From positions 64,001 through 128,000 of the forward strand of contig OY970280.1 of assembly GCA_963715865.1 (NCBI GenBank): 64,000 nt of DNA, in the 5' to 3' direction. This document shows positions 48,556 through 58,804 of the stretch, piece by piece (positions within the stretch are counted from its first letter, which is position 1; each line of letters opens with the position of its first letter). Under the pieces are notes generated by a model. That model searched no databases. It saw only the letters and a list, made by a program, of their open reading frames with translations, and was not told the origin of the DNA. The translations under genes were made by a program, and so were the position numbers. The DNA comes from Candidatus Bathyarchaeota archaeon. Its GTDB lineage: Archaea; Thermoproteota; Bathyarchaeia; Bathyarchaeales; Bathycorpusculaceae.

Positions 48556-48624
48556 ATGATATTCGAAGAGGAAGATGAATGGGAAGAAGGCGAAGATGAA
48601 GAATGGGAAGAAGAAGAATGGTAA
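48556..48624 (+). CDS. 22-aa acidic Trp-containing microprotein
   Basis: MIFEEEDEWEEGEDEEWEEEEW; SD GGAGGTGA upstream, TTTAAA box further upstream, T-rich tract downstream. Confidence 0.6.
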   Translation: MIFEEEDEWEEGEDEEWEEEEW

Positions 48625-48810
48625 ACAAACCCTAAATTAAAATTTTTATATCTTTCTTTTAAGTTAAATTTTCGCCTCAGCGAGTTTGAGGTTAATTTTT
48701 TGAAAAACCGATGAAAAGCCTACGCAACCTTTATTTCGTTATTTTTAAGTTATTTTTTTCTGGTTTAGATTTATAACTTACTTGTTAGCTTCATTATTGG
48801 ACGTTTAGCC

Positions 48811-50610
48811 ATGACACGAATCGCTGTACTTGACCAAGATAAATGCAAGGTTAAAAAATGCAACCAACTCTGCGTTAGCTTCTGCCCTATGGTTCGGAGC
48901 CGAGTGGAAGCTGTCAGAGTGGAAGGAAACAAAGCAGTCATATCAGAGATACTCTGCAGCGGCTGCGGCATCTGCGTCAAAAAATGTCCTTTCAAAGCCA
49001 TCAGCATCGTCAATTTGCCAGACGAATTAGAAAAGGATTGTAGCCACCGGTTCAGTACAAACAGCTTCAAACTTTTCCGTTTACCCATGCCTGCGCCGGG
49101 AACGGTGCTGGGTTTGCTTGGACAAAACGGCATCGGCAAAACCACTACGCTTAAGGTTTTTTCGGGCGACATCAAACCAAACCTTGGCAAGTACGATAAC
49201 CCGCCAGACTGGCCTGAGATTATCCAGTATTATCGGGGTTCAAGCCTTCAAGATTACTTCCAAAAGATGAGCGAGAAAAAACTCAAAGTCAGCAGCAAAC
49301 CGCAGTACGTGGATAAAATTCCCAAAGCAGTCACTGGAAAAGTCGGCGACCTACTAGAAAAAGTTGATGAAAGAAAACAACTATACCCTCTGGCTGAAGA
49401 GCTTGAACTCAAAAAAGTTTGGGATAGACCGTTGGAGGTTTTGAGCGGTGGAGAACTTCAGCGTGTGGCGGTTGCTGCAGCGCTTAGCCGTGAGGCAGAT
49501 GTTTACCTTTTTGACGAGCCGTCAAGCTACTTGGATGTGAAGCAGCGGCTTGTGGTTGCAAGAGCCATACGCAGCCTCAAGGAACTGCAAAAAACCATAA
49601 TTGTGGCGGAACATGACTTAGCCATCATCGATTACTTGTCCGACCAAATCTGCCTCTTCTACGGCGAACCAGGCGTCTACGGCGTCGTCTCACACGTACA
49701 TGGCGTCAGAACGGGCATTAACATTTACTTGCAAGGCTACATTCCCGACGAGAACATAATGTTCCGCAAGGAATCCATCGTTTTCCACGAGAAACCGCCA
49801 ACCGCAGGCACCAACCTAGGTGAACCATTGCTGAAATGGGACAGCATGAAGAAAACTTTCAAGGGCTTCAAACTTGCCATTGAACCAGGCGAAATACGGC
49901 GAAGCGAAATCGTTGGTATCCTTGGACCCAACGGTATCGGAAAAACTACTTTCGTAAAAATTCTTGCTGGGCTTGAGGAGACTGATGATAAGCAGAAGCT
50001 TGGCGAGTTAACCGTCAGCTACAAGCCCCAGTACATCGCAACTGACTACGCGGGAACGGTTCAAGAACTGCTCATGAGTGTTGCTAAAGAAAACTTTACA
50101 TCCAGCTGGTACAAAACCGAGATTGCCCAGCCACTGCGGCTTCAGGTATTGATGGACAGAAATGTGATGGAGCTCAGCGGTGGAGAACTTCAAAAAGTTG
50201 CCATAGCCGCCTGCCTAAGCCGCAAAGCCGACCTGTTCCTGCTTGACGAGCCAAGCGCATACTTAGACGTTGAGGAACGGTTAAACATAGCGAAAACACT
50301 GCGGCGGGTTGTTGAAGCGCACGGCATACCAGCCTTCGTAGTTGAACATGATGTGGTGACGCAGGACTTTATTGCTGACCGATTAATGGTTTTCAACGGC
50401 GAACCGGGCGTGAGCGGCTTAGCTAATCCGCCTACAAGCCTAAGGAAAGGCATGAACACATTCCTCAAAGAAATGAACATCACGTTCCGCAGAGACTCAA
50501 TCACCATGCGCCCCCGAGTAAACAAGGAAGGCTCACAAATGGACATGTTCCAAAAAGGAATCGGCGAATACTACTACACCAAAGCGAAACCAGAAACAGC
50601 CAAAAAGTAA
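48811..50610 (+). CDS. ABCE1/RLI ribosome recycling ATPase
   Basis: N-terminal Fe-S cysteines, two GxNGIGKT Walker A and two LSGGELQ signatures. Confidence 0.97.
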   Translation: MTRIAVLDQDKCKVKKCNQLCVSFCPMVRSRVEAVRVEGNKAVISEILCSGCGICVKKCPFKAISIVNLPDELEKDCSHRFSTNSFKLFRLPMPAPGTVLGLLGQNGIGKTTTLKVFSGDIKPNLGKYDNPPDWPEIIQYYRGSSLQDYFQKMSEKKLKVSSKPQYVDKIPKAVTGKVGDLLEKVDERKQLYPLAEELELKKVWDRPLEVLSGGELQRVAVAAALSREADVYLFDEPSSYLDVKQRLVVARAIRSLKELQKTIIVAEHDLAIIDYLSDQICLFYGEPGVYGVVSHVHGVRTGINIYLQGYIPDENIMFRKESIVFHEKPPTAGTNLGEPLLKWDSMKKTFKGFKLAIEPGEIRRSEIVGILGPNGIGKTTFVKILAGLEETDDKQKLGELTVSYKPQYIATDYAGTVQELLMSVAKENFTSSWYKTEIAQPLRLQVLMDRNVMELSGGELQKVAIAACLSRKADLFLLDEPSAYLDVEERLNIAKTLRRVVEAHGIPAFVVEHDVVTQDFIADRLMVFNGEPGVSGLANPPTSLRKGMNTFLKEMNITFRRDSITMRPRVNKEGSQMDMFQKGIGEYYYTKAKPETAKK

Positions 50611-50810
50611 TTAATGCTTATTTCACATACTTGGACTCCAATCTCTGGCTATTTATACATGTTTATGGCAAAAGTAACCATTTCTCAAGCTACAGCCCTT
50701 TCCAGAATCAAGGGTTTTCTCCGCAAGGTGCAGTTAACTTAAAGAACAAGCAGCAAATATACTAAGCAATCTGCAAGAAATAAAACAAGGACAAGTGGTG
50801 TAAGCGGGAA

Positions 50811-52436
50811 GTGGCTCAAGCAACCTTTGAAGAGATTAGCGCTTCTGATTTTTTCTATAGGAACAGAGATATCGCAGGCTTCACCAACCCGTCCAGAGCG
50901 ATATTTGCTGCAATCCGTGAGTTAGTGGAGAACTCGTTGGATGCTGCTGAAAGCCAAAAAATTCCGCCAGAAATTTACATACGCTTATCATTCGAGGGAG
51001 AAGCCACCAAAGACACACAAATCTACAAGCTCCGCGTAGAAGACAACGGCAGTGGAATTCAGCCTCGGTTTATTCCCTCAGCTTTTGGGCAAGTGCTCTA
51101 CGGCAGCAAATACAAGCTGAAACAGATGCGCGGCACCTTCGGTTTAGGCGGAAAAATGGCTGTCCTTTACGGGCAAATTACAACGCATCAGCCAGCCTAC
51201 GTGACCTCGTGCACGGGGCAAGCGAAAATTTACAGTTTCAAATTAATGATGGACATCCAAAGAAACCGCCCAATAATTCTCGACCGCAAAGTCCTAATCA
51301 ACAAGGATAATTGGCGCGGAACCATAGTCGAATTCGCATTAGAAGGCGACTATCTTAGGGCAATGCCGAAAATTCTTGATTACTTCAAGCAAACCGCCAT
51401 GGTGAACCCGTATGCGAATTTGACGTTTGTTGACCCTAAAGGCAGACTGTACAAGTTTACCCGCGCCACCACAGAAATGCCTGAGCCGCCAAAAGAAACG
51501 CTGCCACATCCATACGGCGTAGACGTGGAACTGTTGCAACGTCTTATCCAAATTACACATTACAATAACATGTCAGATTTTTTGAAAGGTCACTTTCACC
51601 GTGTCGGTGACATAACAGCTGTCAAATTTTTGATTTTTTCTAACTTAATTTCATTTTCGTGCAATGAGCATGGTAAACTTGCATATGACCAAATAAAGTG
51701 GATTGAGAACCGACCCATTTGCCCTCAATGTGAGAAGGAAGCACAATCAAGTTCCAAGAATCCAAAACGGTTGTCTCACGAGGAAATTGTACGGTTAATG
51801 CAGAATCTTAAGAAGTACAAAGATTTCTTGCCGCCAGACGCCAGTTGCCTTTCACCTTTAGGCGAAGAACTGCTTAAAGCAGGTGTTACGAAGGAGTTAA
51901 ATCCCGAGTACCTTGTAGTTCACCAGCGTAAACCATCCACCTATGCGGGCCACCCATTCATCATTGAAATGGCAATCGCGTATGGCGGTGGAGTGCCCAA
52001 GCGTGGGTGCTTTGTGATTTACCGTTTCGCTAACAAAATCCCCCTATTGTATGATGAGGCAAGCGACGTTTCTTACCGAGTAATCTCCGCAATGAACTGG
52101 CGACGCTACAAGGTTGCACCTGATATGCCCATCGCCATTGTAGTGCATATTTGCAGCACGAAAGTGCCCTACAAGACGGTTGGAAAAGAATTCATCGCTG
52201 ACCGCCCCGAAGTACGCCGTGAAGTGGCAAATGCACTACGTGAAGTCGCCCGTCAATTGCAGCATTTCCTATCGCGTCAGGAGCACGTGCATATGGAGAA
52301 GAAGCGACTGGGAATTTTCAGCAAGTACCTGCCCAAAATCGCCCAGTTCTCAACTACGTTGGCTGGGCAAGAACGTGTTCCAGATATTGATAAGTTATTG
52401 AAGAGTGTGCAGAAGTATGGCGCAGAAGAAAGTTAA
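50811..52436 (+). CDS. top6B: DNA topoisomerase VI subunit B
   Basis: ELVENSLDA, DNG.GI, G.FGLG, R.ANKIPL, KVPYKT.GKE. Confidence 0.95.
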   Translation: MAQATFEEISASDFFYRNRDIAGFTNPSRAIFAAIRELVENSLDAAESQKIPPEIYIRLSFEGEATKDTQIYKLRVEDNGSGIQPRFIPSAFGQVLYGSKYKLKQMRGTFGLGGKMAVLYGQITTHQPAYVTSCTGQAKIYSFKLMMDIQRNRPIILDRKVLINKDNWRGTIVEFALEGDYLRAMPKILDYFKQTAMVNPYANLTFVDPKGRLYKFTRATTEMPEPPKETLPHPYGVDVELLQRLIQITHYNNMSDFLKGHFHRVGDITAVKFLIFSNLISFSCNEHGKLAYDQIKWIENRPICPQCEKEAQSSSKNPKRLSHEEIVRLMQNLKKYKDFLPPDASCLSPLGEELLKAGVTKELNPEYLVVHQRKPSTYAGHPFIIEMAIAYGGGVPKRGCFVIYRFANKIPLLYDEASDVSYRVISAMNWRRYKVAPDMPIAIVVHICSTKVPYKTVGKEFIADRPEVRREVANALREVARQLQHFLSRQEHVHMEKKRLGIFSKYLPKIAQFSTTLAGQERVPDIDKLLKSVQKYGAEES

Positions 52437-53505
52437 GATAGTTGAGAAAAGAAACGAGGTCATCAATGGGCTAAGAGCGTTTGGCACTAACATTTACAAT
52501 CAGCTAGACCAAGGCATCTTCCCAACCATTAATATGCCAAGCCGCTCCACTGAGAACATTAACTATGACCCAACACTTCGCCAGTACATTCTTGGGGAGA
52601 AAAGCGTTAGCCGCAGTGCCCGCAACATCCGCCACATTAAACCGTTCACGCAGTTGGCTTGGGCAGCAATGTTTAGCAACGAGCTCACGAGCCAACGCAA
52701 AACCAGCACGCTCAGGGATGTTTATTACTCGGCGCAAGCATACGAGATGACTTTCACAGACCAGCAGGAAAGCAACAACATCATCACCGACTTGGAGACG
52801 CTGACGGGTTTCGCGCGTGAGGATTTCAACATTTTCCCTGAAGAGCGCAGTGCCATTTTTGGCGACTTAACCATCGGCTACACCGTTCCCGGCTATGAAG
52901 GTAAAACGTTGAATTTAACCAGCCACCCGGACGGCGTGTTGATTGGTCCAGCGTTGACTTCAGCCGAGTTCATTAACACGAAAGCCGACAAAGTCATCGC
53001 TATAGAGAAAGGCGCCTTGTTTACAAGATTCATCGAAGAAAACGTGCATAACAAGCATAAGTCGCTTTTGATTTCGTGCGGTGGGCAGGCGCCAAGGCAG
53101 ACTCGCAGTTTCATTCGCCGCTTGCATGACGAGTTGGGTTTGCCAGTGTATATTTTGACTGATGGCGACCCGTGGGGAATGCATATTGCACAGGTTATTA
53201 TTTCTGGTTCGGCGAATGCGGCGCATTTGCGCGACTTAAATACGCCTGACGCTGTGTGGAGCGGAGTTTGGGCAAGCGACATCATTGAATATAAGTTGCC
53301 TACTGATCCGTTGGATGAAATGGACATTAAACGTCTATACGAGTTGCAGAAGGACCCAAGGTACCAGAATGATCCATTGTGGCAACGGGAAATCAAGCTA
53401 TTCCTAAAAATCAGGCGTAAGGCGGAGCAAGAGGCTTTCAGCCGTTATGGCTTAACGTATATCGTTGATGAGTATTTGCCCACTAAGCTAAAAGATACTA
53501 AATAG
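52417..53505 (+). CDS. top6A: DNA topoisomerase VI subunit A
   Basis: TLRDVYY, IEKGA, G.A.R, TDGDPWG, KAEQ.A. Confidence 0.95.
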   Translation: MAQKKVKIVEKRNEVINGLRAFGTNIYNQLDQGIFPTINMPSRSTENINYDPTLRQYILGEKSVSRSARNIRHIKPFTQLAWAAMFSNELTSQRKTSTLRDVYYSAQAYEMTFTDQQESNNIITDLETLTGFAREDFNIFPEERSAIFGDLTIGYTVPGYEGKTLNLTSHPDGVLIGPALTSAEFINTKADKVIAIEKGALFTRFIEENVHNKHKSLLISCGGQAPRQTRSFIRRLHDELGLPVYILTDGDPWGMHIAQVIISGSANAAHLRDLNTPDAVWSGVWASDIIEYKLPTDPLDEMDIKRLYELQKDPRYQNDPLWQREIKLFLKIRRKAEQEAFSRYGLTYIVDEYLPTKLKDTK

Positions 53506-53556
53506 CAAGAAATCAGTGAAAGTTAATAAAATTCTGACACTAATTATGTTTTCAAG

Positions 53557-53781
53557 GTGCTTATGTTGCGGGTCGGTGTTACGATACATAGAGAAGGCGA
53601 CTGGTATGTTGCAGTGGACACGGTGACTGGTGTGGCAAGCCAAGGCAAGAGCTGCGATGAAGCATTGAAGAATTTTCAGGAAGCATTTGAGCTTTGGTTC
53701 GAGAACGCGGAAGATTGGGAGAAAGAACGGGCATTAAAAGGCGAACCGGTTGCCACTATGGTTTTGGAAATGGAAGTTTAA
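53557..53781 (+). CDS. Orphan HicB-like protein
   Basis: EGDWYVA....GVASQGK..DEAL.N..EA.EL; no adjacent hicA. Confidence 0.8.
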   Translation: MLMLRVGVTIHREGDWYVAVDTVTGVASQGKSCDEALKNFQEAFELWFENAEDWEKERALKGEPVATMVLEMEV

Positions 53782-53928
53782 CTTTTTTCTGCTAAATTAA
53801 CGAATTTTTCAACTGTAATTCCCGCTTGAAATAAGATGCCGAGAAACTAGAAAATTCGTCCGAAAAAGAAAAGGTAAAGAAGTGATAGGCAAGTCGCTTT
53901 TTATTGTTTTTTGCGTTTCTTGTTGCGT

Positions 53929-54372
53929 TTACATCATTGGTGCTGCAACGGTTTCGGTTGCCATTGGTTTTTCTTGGTAAATTTTCATGGTTGCCTCGTT
54001 GTTTTTCTGATCCGTCATGCCTTCAACCCAGCCTTTAGTGTTGTTTAGCCAGGTGAGCCTTGGCGAGTTTGTCATGTATGTGACTTCACCTTTGAAGCTG
54101 CCGGTCATTGCGGTTTCTTGTTTTCCTGAGCCTTTGCCACTTATCATTATCACGTCACCTTCTTTGGTCATTTCCATTGCGCGGACTTCCCACTCGTTTG
54201 TGCCATCCATCTTCAGCTTGACATCGGCAGTTTCAATGTGGTTAGCATGGTATCTTCCTTTAACTTCTCCAATTGAATTGTACTGTATCATTGCCCCGTC
54301 CGCAGCGAATTCTTTTATGATTACCGCGTTTGTTTTCTCTTTTATTTCACCTAACAGGTCTCTTTTTTCCAT
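53929..54372 (-). CDS. Hypothetical beta-rich protein
   Basis: 147 aa with alternating beta-strand pattern; no family recognised. Confidence 0.7.
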   Translation of the reverse strand: MEKRDLLGEIKEKTNAVIIKEFAADGAMIQYNSIGEVKGRYHANHIETADVKLKMDGTNEWEVRAMEMTKEGDVIMISGKGSGKQETAMTGSFKGEVTYMTNSPRLTWLNNTKGWVEGMTDQKNNEATMKIYQEKPMATETVAAPMM

Positions 54373-54630
54373 TTAAAACACCAATTACCAAAACTATGGA
54401 AACCATTTATCTCTATGTGATTGTGTGGCAACACGAACATATCTTTGGCGGGAAACAGAACCTTGCGGGTGAATGGTCAGGGAGGTAGTTGCGTTTTATT
54501 TTTGGAACTATTGTTAACAACCAGCCACAACCAACCCAAAACCAAAAACCACCACAAACAACAAATAATTTAAAATAACCCCTCATGTTTAATGTAGCCA
54601 TTAACACGGAGAAACAGGGCGAAAACAACA

Positions 54631-54834
54631 ATGAGCGAAGAAGGCGACACATTCTGGGTATCCCTTGCCGAGAAATTCTTCGGAATAATCCTCATAATAA
54701 TCGGCGCAATAATGCTCTACTTCACAGCTACAAGCACCAGTGTGCTCGGCGGATTCAGTTTATTTTTCGGCATTCTAAGCTTAATCATGCTCATCATCGG
54801 CCTCTTTCTGCTTGTGGTTAGACCGCCAGAATAA
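54631..54834 (+). CDS. Small two-TM membrane protein
   Basis: Two hydrophobic helices in 67 aa. Confidence 0.65.
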   Translation: MSEEGDTFWVSLAEKFFGIILIIIGAIMLYFTATSTSVLGGFSLFFGILSLIMLIIGLFLLVVRPPE

Positions 54835-55000
54835 CGCTTTTTTCCTTTTCTCAGCCATCCATGCGGCAATCAGTAGCCAAACCTCAAGCCGCTAATAGAG
54901 GAGCCAAAACCAGGCCAACAATAAAAACGCTCCACCAGCATTTATAAACCAAAAAACCATTACACACACATAGACAACTTATAATGGAAGCGAACCATAC

Positions 55001-56788
55001 ATGCCCACACGCCAACCTATAGTATGTGTTTTAGGCCATGTTGACACAGGCAAAACCTCGCTCCTTGACAAACTACGAAAAACCAGCGTGCAAGCACGCG
55101 AAGCAGGAGGAATGACCCAACACATCGGCGCAAGCTTCTTCCCCGTCGAAACGCTCAAACAACTCATCGGGCCATACCTGACCACCTTTAAAACCGGGAT
55201 AGAAATCCCTGGCTTACTAATCGTGGACACACCGGGGCACGAAGCATTCACGAACCTTAGACGCAGAGGCGGAAGCGTCGCCGACATAGCCATACTCGTC
55301 GTAGACATTCTGAAAGGTTTTGAAGCTCAAACCTTCGAATGCCTCGAAATCCTAAAAGCACGCAAAACCCCCTTTATCGTTGCAGTTAATAAAATTGATC
55401 GAGTTCCCGGCTGGAATCCTCAGCAATCCACGCCTTTTTTGAAGTCTTACGCTTCCCAGTCGAGTTTTGTGCGTGAGGATTTGGATAATCGTTTGTACCA
55501 GGTTATGGGCGAGTTTTCTCGTTTAGGTTTTAAGACTGACCGTTTTGACCATATCCGTGATTTCACGGTTAACGTGGCTTTGGTGCCGACTAGTGCCAAA
55601 ACTGGCGAAGGCCTGGCAGAGTTGATGATGGTTCTTGTCGGCTTGTCTCAGCAGTTTCTTAAGAAGCGGTTGCAAACGACCGAGGGTGCGGCTAAGGGTG
55701 CGGTGCTGGAGGTTAAGGAGGAGCCTGGTTTAGGTTTGACTTTGAACACGATTGTTTACGATGGGACTTTGCATTGTGATGATTTGATTGTAGTTGGCGG
55801 TCGGGAGGGTCCGATTACGACGCGTGTTCGTGCAATTTTGGTGCCTAAGCCGTTGGATGAGATGAGGGATCCGCGGGACAAGTTTTCTTCTGTTGATTGT
55901 GTTTATGCTTCGGCTGGTGTTAAGGTTGTTGCGCCAGGTTTGGAGGGTGCGTTGGCTGGGGCGCCACTGTTTGCTGTGCCATCAGGTGAGGCGCCTGCGA
56001 AGTATGCTAAGCTTATCACTGAAGAAATCGGCAGGATACGAATCGCGATTGAGGTTGATGGTGTTATTGTTAAGGCTGATACGTTGGGTTCGCTTGAGGC
56101 GATGGCGGAGATTTTGAAGGCAAATAATGTGCAAGTGCGTATTGCCGATGTTGGCGATATTAGTAAACGCGATGTAATTGAGGCGTCTGTGGTGAAGTCG
56201 CGTGAACCGCTGGTTGGCGCTATCTTGGCGTTCGGCGTTAAAACGTTGCCCGATGCACAGGAGGAAGCTGCGGCTAACAATATCCCAATCTTTAAAGAAC
56301 CAATTATTTACAACCTGATTGACGCGTATTTGGAGTGGGCTAAAAATAAGCGTGAAGCGAAAAGCGAGCAGGAGTTTGAAGCTTTGGTTAAGCCTGGGAA
56401 AGTTATGGTTTTGCCTGGTTGTATTTTCCGTCGTGCAAAGCCGTCGATTTTTGGCGTGGAAGTGTTAGGCGGCCGCTTGCGTCCAAAGTATGGGCTTATG
56501 CGAGCTGAGGACGGCAGCGATTTAGGTGAAGTTGACCAGATTCAGGATCAGGGCAAAGCTGTGCCTGAGGCTAAGCAGGGAATGCAGGTGGCAATTTCGA
56601 TGGATAAGCCGATTGCGGGCAGGCACGTGTTTGAGAAAGATGTTTTGTTTGTGAAGGTTCCTGAGGCTGATGCAAAAGCGTTGTTGACGGCGCATTCGGA
56701 TGACTTAACGGCTGAAGAGCAAGAAGTGCTAAAAGAGTACATTGCGTTTATGCGTAAGAAGGTTCCTTTTTGGGCTGGTACGGTTTAG
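55001..56788 (+). CDS. infB: Translation initiation factor aIF5B (IF-2)
   Basis: [39 protein letters not shown]. Confidence 0.97.
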   Translation: MPTRQPIVCVLGHVDTGKTSLLDKLRKTSVQAREAGGMTQHIGASFFPVETLKQLIGPYLTTFKTGIEIPGLLIVDTPGHEAFTNLRRRGGSVADIAILVVDILKGFEAQTFECLEILKARKTPFIVAVNKIDRVPGWNPQQSTPFLKSYASQSSFVREDLDNRLYQVMGEFSRLGFKTDRFDHIRDFTVNVALVPTSAKTGEGLAELMMVLVGLSQQFLKKRLQTTEGAAKGAVLEVKEEPGLGLTLNTIVYDGTLHCDDLIVVGGREGPITTRVRAILVPKPLDEMRDPRDKFSSVDCVYASAGVKVVAPGLEGALAGAPLFAVPSGEAPAKYAKLITEEIGRIRIAIEVDGVIVKADTLGSLEAMAEILKANNVQVRIADVGDISKRDVIEASVVKSREPLVGAILAFGVKTLPDAQEEAAANNIPIFKEPIIYNLIDAYLEWAKNKREAKSEQEFEALVKPGKVMVLPGCIFRRAKPSIFGVEVLGGRLRPKYGLMRAEDGSDLGEVDQIQDQGKAVPEAKQGMQVAISMDKPIAGRHVFEKDVLFVKVPEADAKALLTAHSDDLTAEEQEVLKEYIAFMRKKVPFWAGTV

Positions 56789-57378
56789 GCTTCATGCTTT
56801 TCTGTGAAGCATAGGGTTAGCATGCCGTCGATGCAGAAAGGCGATAATTTACCTTCGGTGTCTTGTCTTATGCATAGTTGTTTCATGTCACACTTTGGAC
56901 AGATGGCGCTGCTTAATTGGGCGGCGTTGGTTTCTAAGAGGTTGTTTTCTTTTAGGGTTTCGTAGGCGAATTTTAAGTATTTGCCTTCGGCAATGCGTGG
57001 CACGCCATATTTTGCTGCTTCCACACCTGCTTGGACGGCGAAGTGCTCGTATAGTCTTCTTGAGCCTTTTTTGGAGTTGCAGCTTTTGCATATCCAGACG
57101 AGGTTTTTCTCGGTGTTTGGTCCATTGTATTTTTGTGGTAGCAGATGCTCGAGTGTTAGGTTTGTGGTTGCTCCGCAGAATATGCATTCGTTTGAATATT
57201 CCCTTTCTTTGATGTATTCTCTGATTTCGTTCCATGAAATGCTGCCTTGCTTGAGTTGCTTGAACTTGTTCATTACAAAACCATAATCCTTTTTCCCGAT
57301 ACCTGCAGAGTCAGCAATGATTTTTGCGTACTGCCAATAAATTAGGTCTTTGATGCTTTTGACTACTGCTGGAGGCAC
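56785..57378 (-). CDS. HNH endonuclease-family protein
   Basis: CIFCG....TLEHL.P...G.....N....C..CN..K, extra C-terminal Cys cluster. Confidence 0.85.
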   Translation of the reverse strand: MPPAVVKSIKDLIYWQYAKIIADSAGIGKKDYGFVMNKFKQLKQGSISWNEIREYIKEREYSNECIFCGATTNLTLEHLLPQKYNGPNTEKNLVWICKSCNSKKGSRRLYEHFAVQAGVEAAKYGVPRIAEGKYLKFAYETLKENNLLETNAAQLSSAICPKCDMKQLCIRQDTEGKLSPFCIDGMLTLCFTEKHEA

Positions 57379-57534
57379 AATGCTTGCTCCTTAACGACAA
57401 GATAGCTTCTTTATTGTAGTTCTTTTCTTTTTAGCGTTTGCCATTACCTGGTTTAAACCATTTTTAGGCGATTTTAATTTTTTCTTGTCACTTATCGCTT
57501 AAGCCTCAGAGAAAACTTAAAAAATTTATGAAAT

Positions 57535-58149
57535 TTATACTCTTTTAGGTATTACAAAAACCTTAGTTTCGAAACCATTGATTATATCACTTAAATCTTT
57601 TTCAAATCCTGTTATATTCTTGATTTTTTCGGCTGGATCGTAAACTAGGCAATATAGCTTTTTGCAATCTGGGTGACCCTTGTAGTACGATTTATCAATT
57701 ATTATTTGTTCACGTACTTGTTTTTGCCCTAGCCCTTGGCGTGTCATTTTAGTTTCTATTGAAATTTTTTCATTTTTAAGTAGCGTGTCCATTCTTGGAG
57801 ATGCCCCAGCGTAACTAGGGCACCATTCTTCCATCCTGACATCGTCAAACCTTGTTTTTAACAAAGCTCGAAGAAGATCTTGAACATCATACTCATCCTT
57901 TATTTCCAGTGATCCACGTTGATCATATCGGTCCTTTAACTCTAAAGCTACCAAATGGAACCGTTCAAATAAACTCTGAACTATCTTATCAGGCACCTCA
58001 GCCTGCTCAGAAACTGTTAAGTTAAGTATTTTATCTGCTTCATTCTTGAACCTAGACGCCCGAACTAGTACGTCTTTAATTTGGTTTTCAATCTCGGGTG
58101 AGAAGGTTGTCTCGAAGTGCTTTGAAGATGTTCTCATAAACCTTTGCAT
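57535..58149 (-). CDS. PD-(D/E)xK nuclease (DpnII/MboI-like REase domain); start uncertain
   Basis: EYDVQDLL..LL...F.DVR.EE..PSYAG...RMD..L....I.IETK. Confidence 0.8.
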   Translation of the reverse strand: MQRFMRTSSKHFETTFSPEIENQIKDVLVRASRFKNEADKILNLTVSEQAEVPDKIVQSLFERFHLVALELKDRYDQRGSLEIKDEYDVQDLLRALLKTRFDDVRMEEWCPSYAGASPRMDTLLKNEKISIETKMTRQGLGQKQVREQIIIDKSYYKGHPDCKKLYCLVYDPAEKIKNITGFEKDLSDIINGFETKVFVIPKRV

Positions 58150-58690
58150 CTTCGGTTGCTGGAAGAGCGAGCTGAATATTTAAATTAATTACTACGCCAG
58201 GAGACGAATATGTCTGTTTATGCTGTTCGGGAATACCCTTTGGCTCCTCAGTTTTTTCGGTTTGAACTGCGGACGCCTTGAAGTCAGCAAAACCACACAA
58301 AATCTTGAGTGTATTTGCGGTTGCTGTCACAACCTGTTCCCCTCCTTCAGTTGTCGGACCAAAAAAGTCTTTTAGGGATTGGTCATCTTTGTCACAAGCA
58401 TCTGGATAAAGTTCAAACAGCTCACTATATGCTTTTTTTAAGGCACTAGCCATTATAGGTCCTGCCTTCTTAGAATCCCGAAAGTCTTTGTACTCTTGAT
58501 TAGGTGCTCCGCTTGCATCAATAAAACCAATAAATTGAAGAATTCCAACAATGGGTCTATCGTTGCTGCTTTTAAACCCTAAGGAGGGAAGCGTATTAGT
58601 GTTAATTTTTTGAGGTACGCCCATCTTTGGTATCTTCGCGATAAAATCCTTTAAACTTCCCGTATTCATTATGTATGGATATTTGCCCAA
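58088..58690 (-). CDS. DUF5343-like protein
   Basis: P.K.....L..LGFKSSNDR.I..IL..IGFID..G.P...Y..FR, AY..LF, C-terminal INLNIQL.LP.T.D..VY..IF. Confidence 0.75.
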   Translation of the reverse strand: MGKYPYIMNTGSLKDFIAKIPKMGVPQKINTNTLPSLGFKSSNDRPIVGILQFIGFIDASGAPNQEYKDFRDSKKAGPIMASALKKAYSELFELYPDACDKDDQSLKDFFGPTTEGGEQVVTATANTLKILCGFADFKASAVQTEKTEEPKGIPEQHKQTYSSPGVVINLNIQLALPATEDAKVYENIFKALRDNLLTRD

Positions 58691-58804
58691 TTTAAGCGCC
58701 TCTTTTACTTCTGATAAGCTGAGAATATTAGTTTTGCGGTTTTACGGTTAATTCACAGGCGTTTTTTGGCTAAATACCCAAATGAAGATATCTGAGACAC
58801 TTTT

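Noticed and set aside
48771-49190. 139-aa minus-strand ORF
   Set aside because: Antisense to the ABCE1 N-terminus.
51640-51755. Intein in Top6B
   Set aside because: Too short, with no N-terminal C/S block or terminal HN-C/S/T motif.
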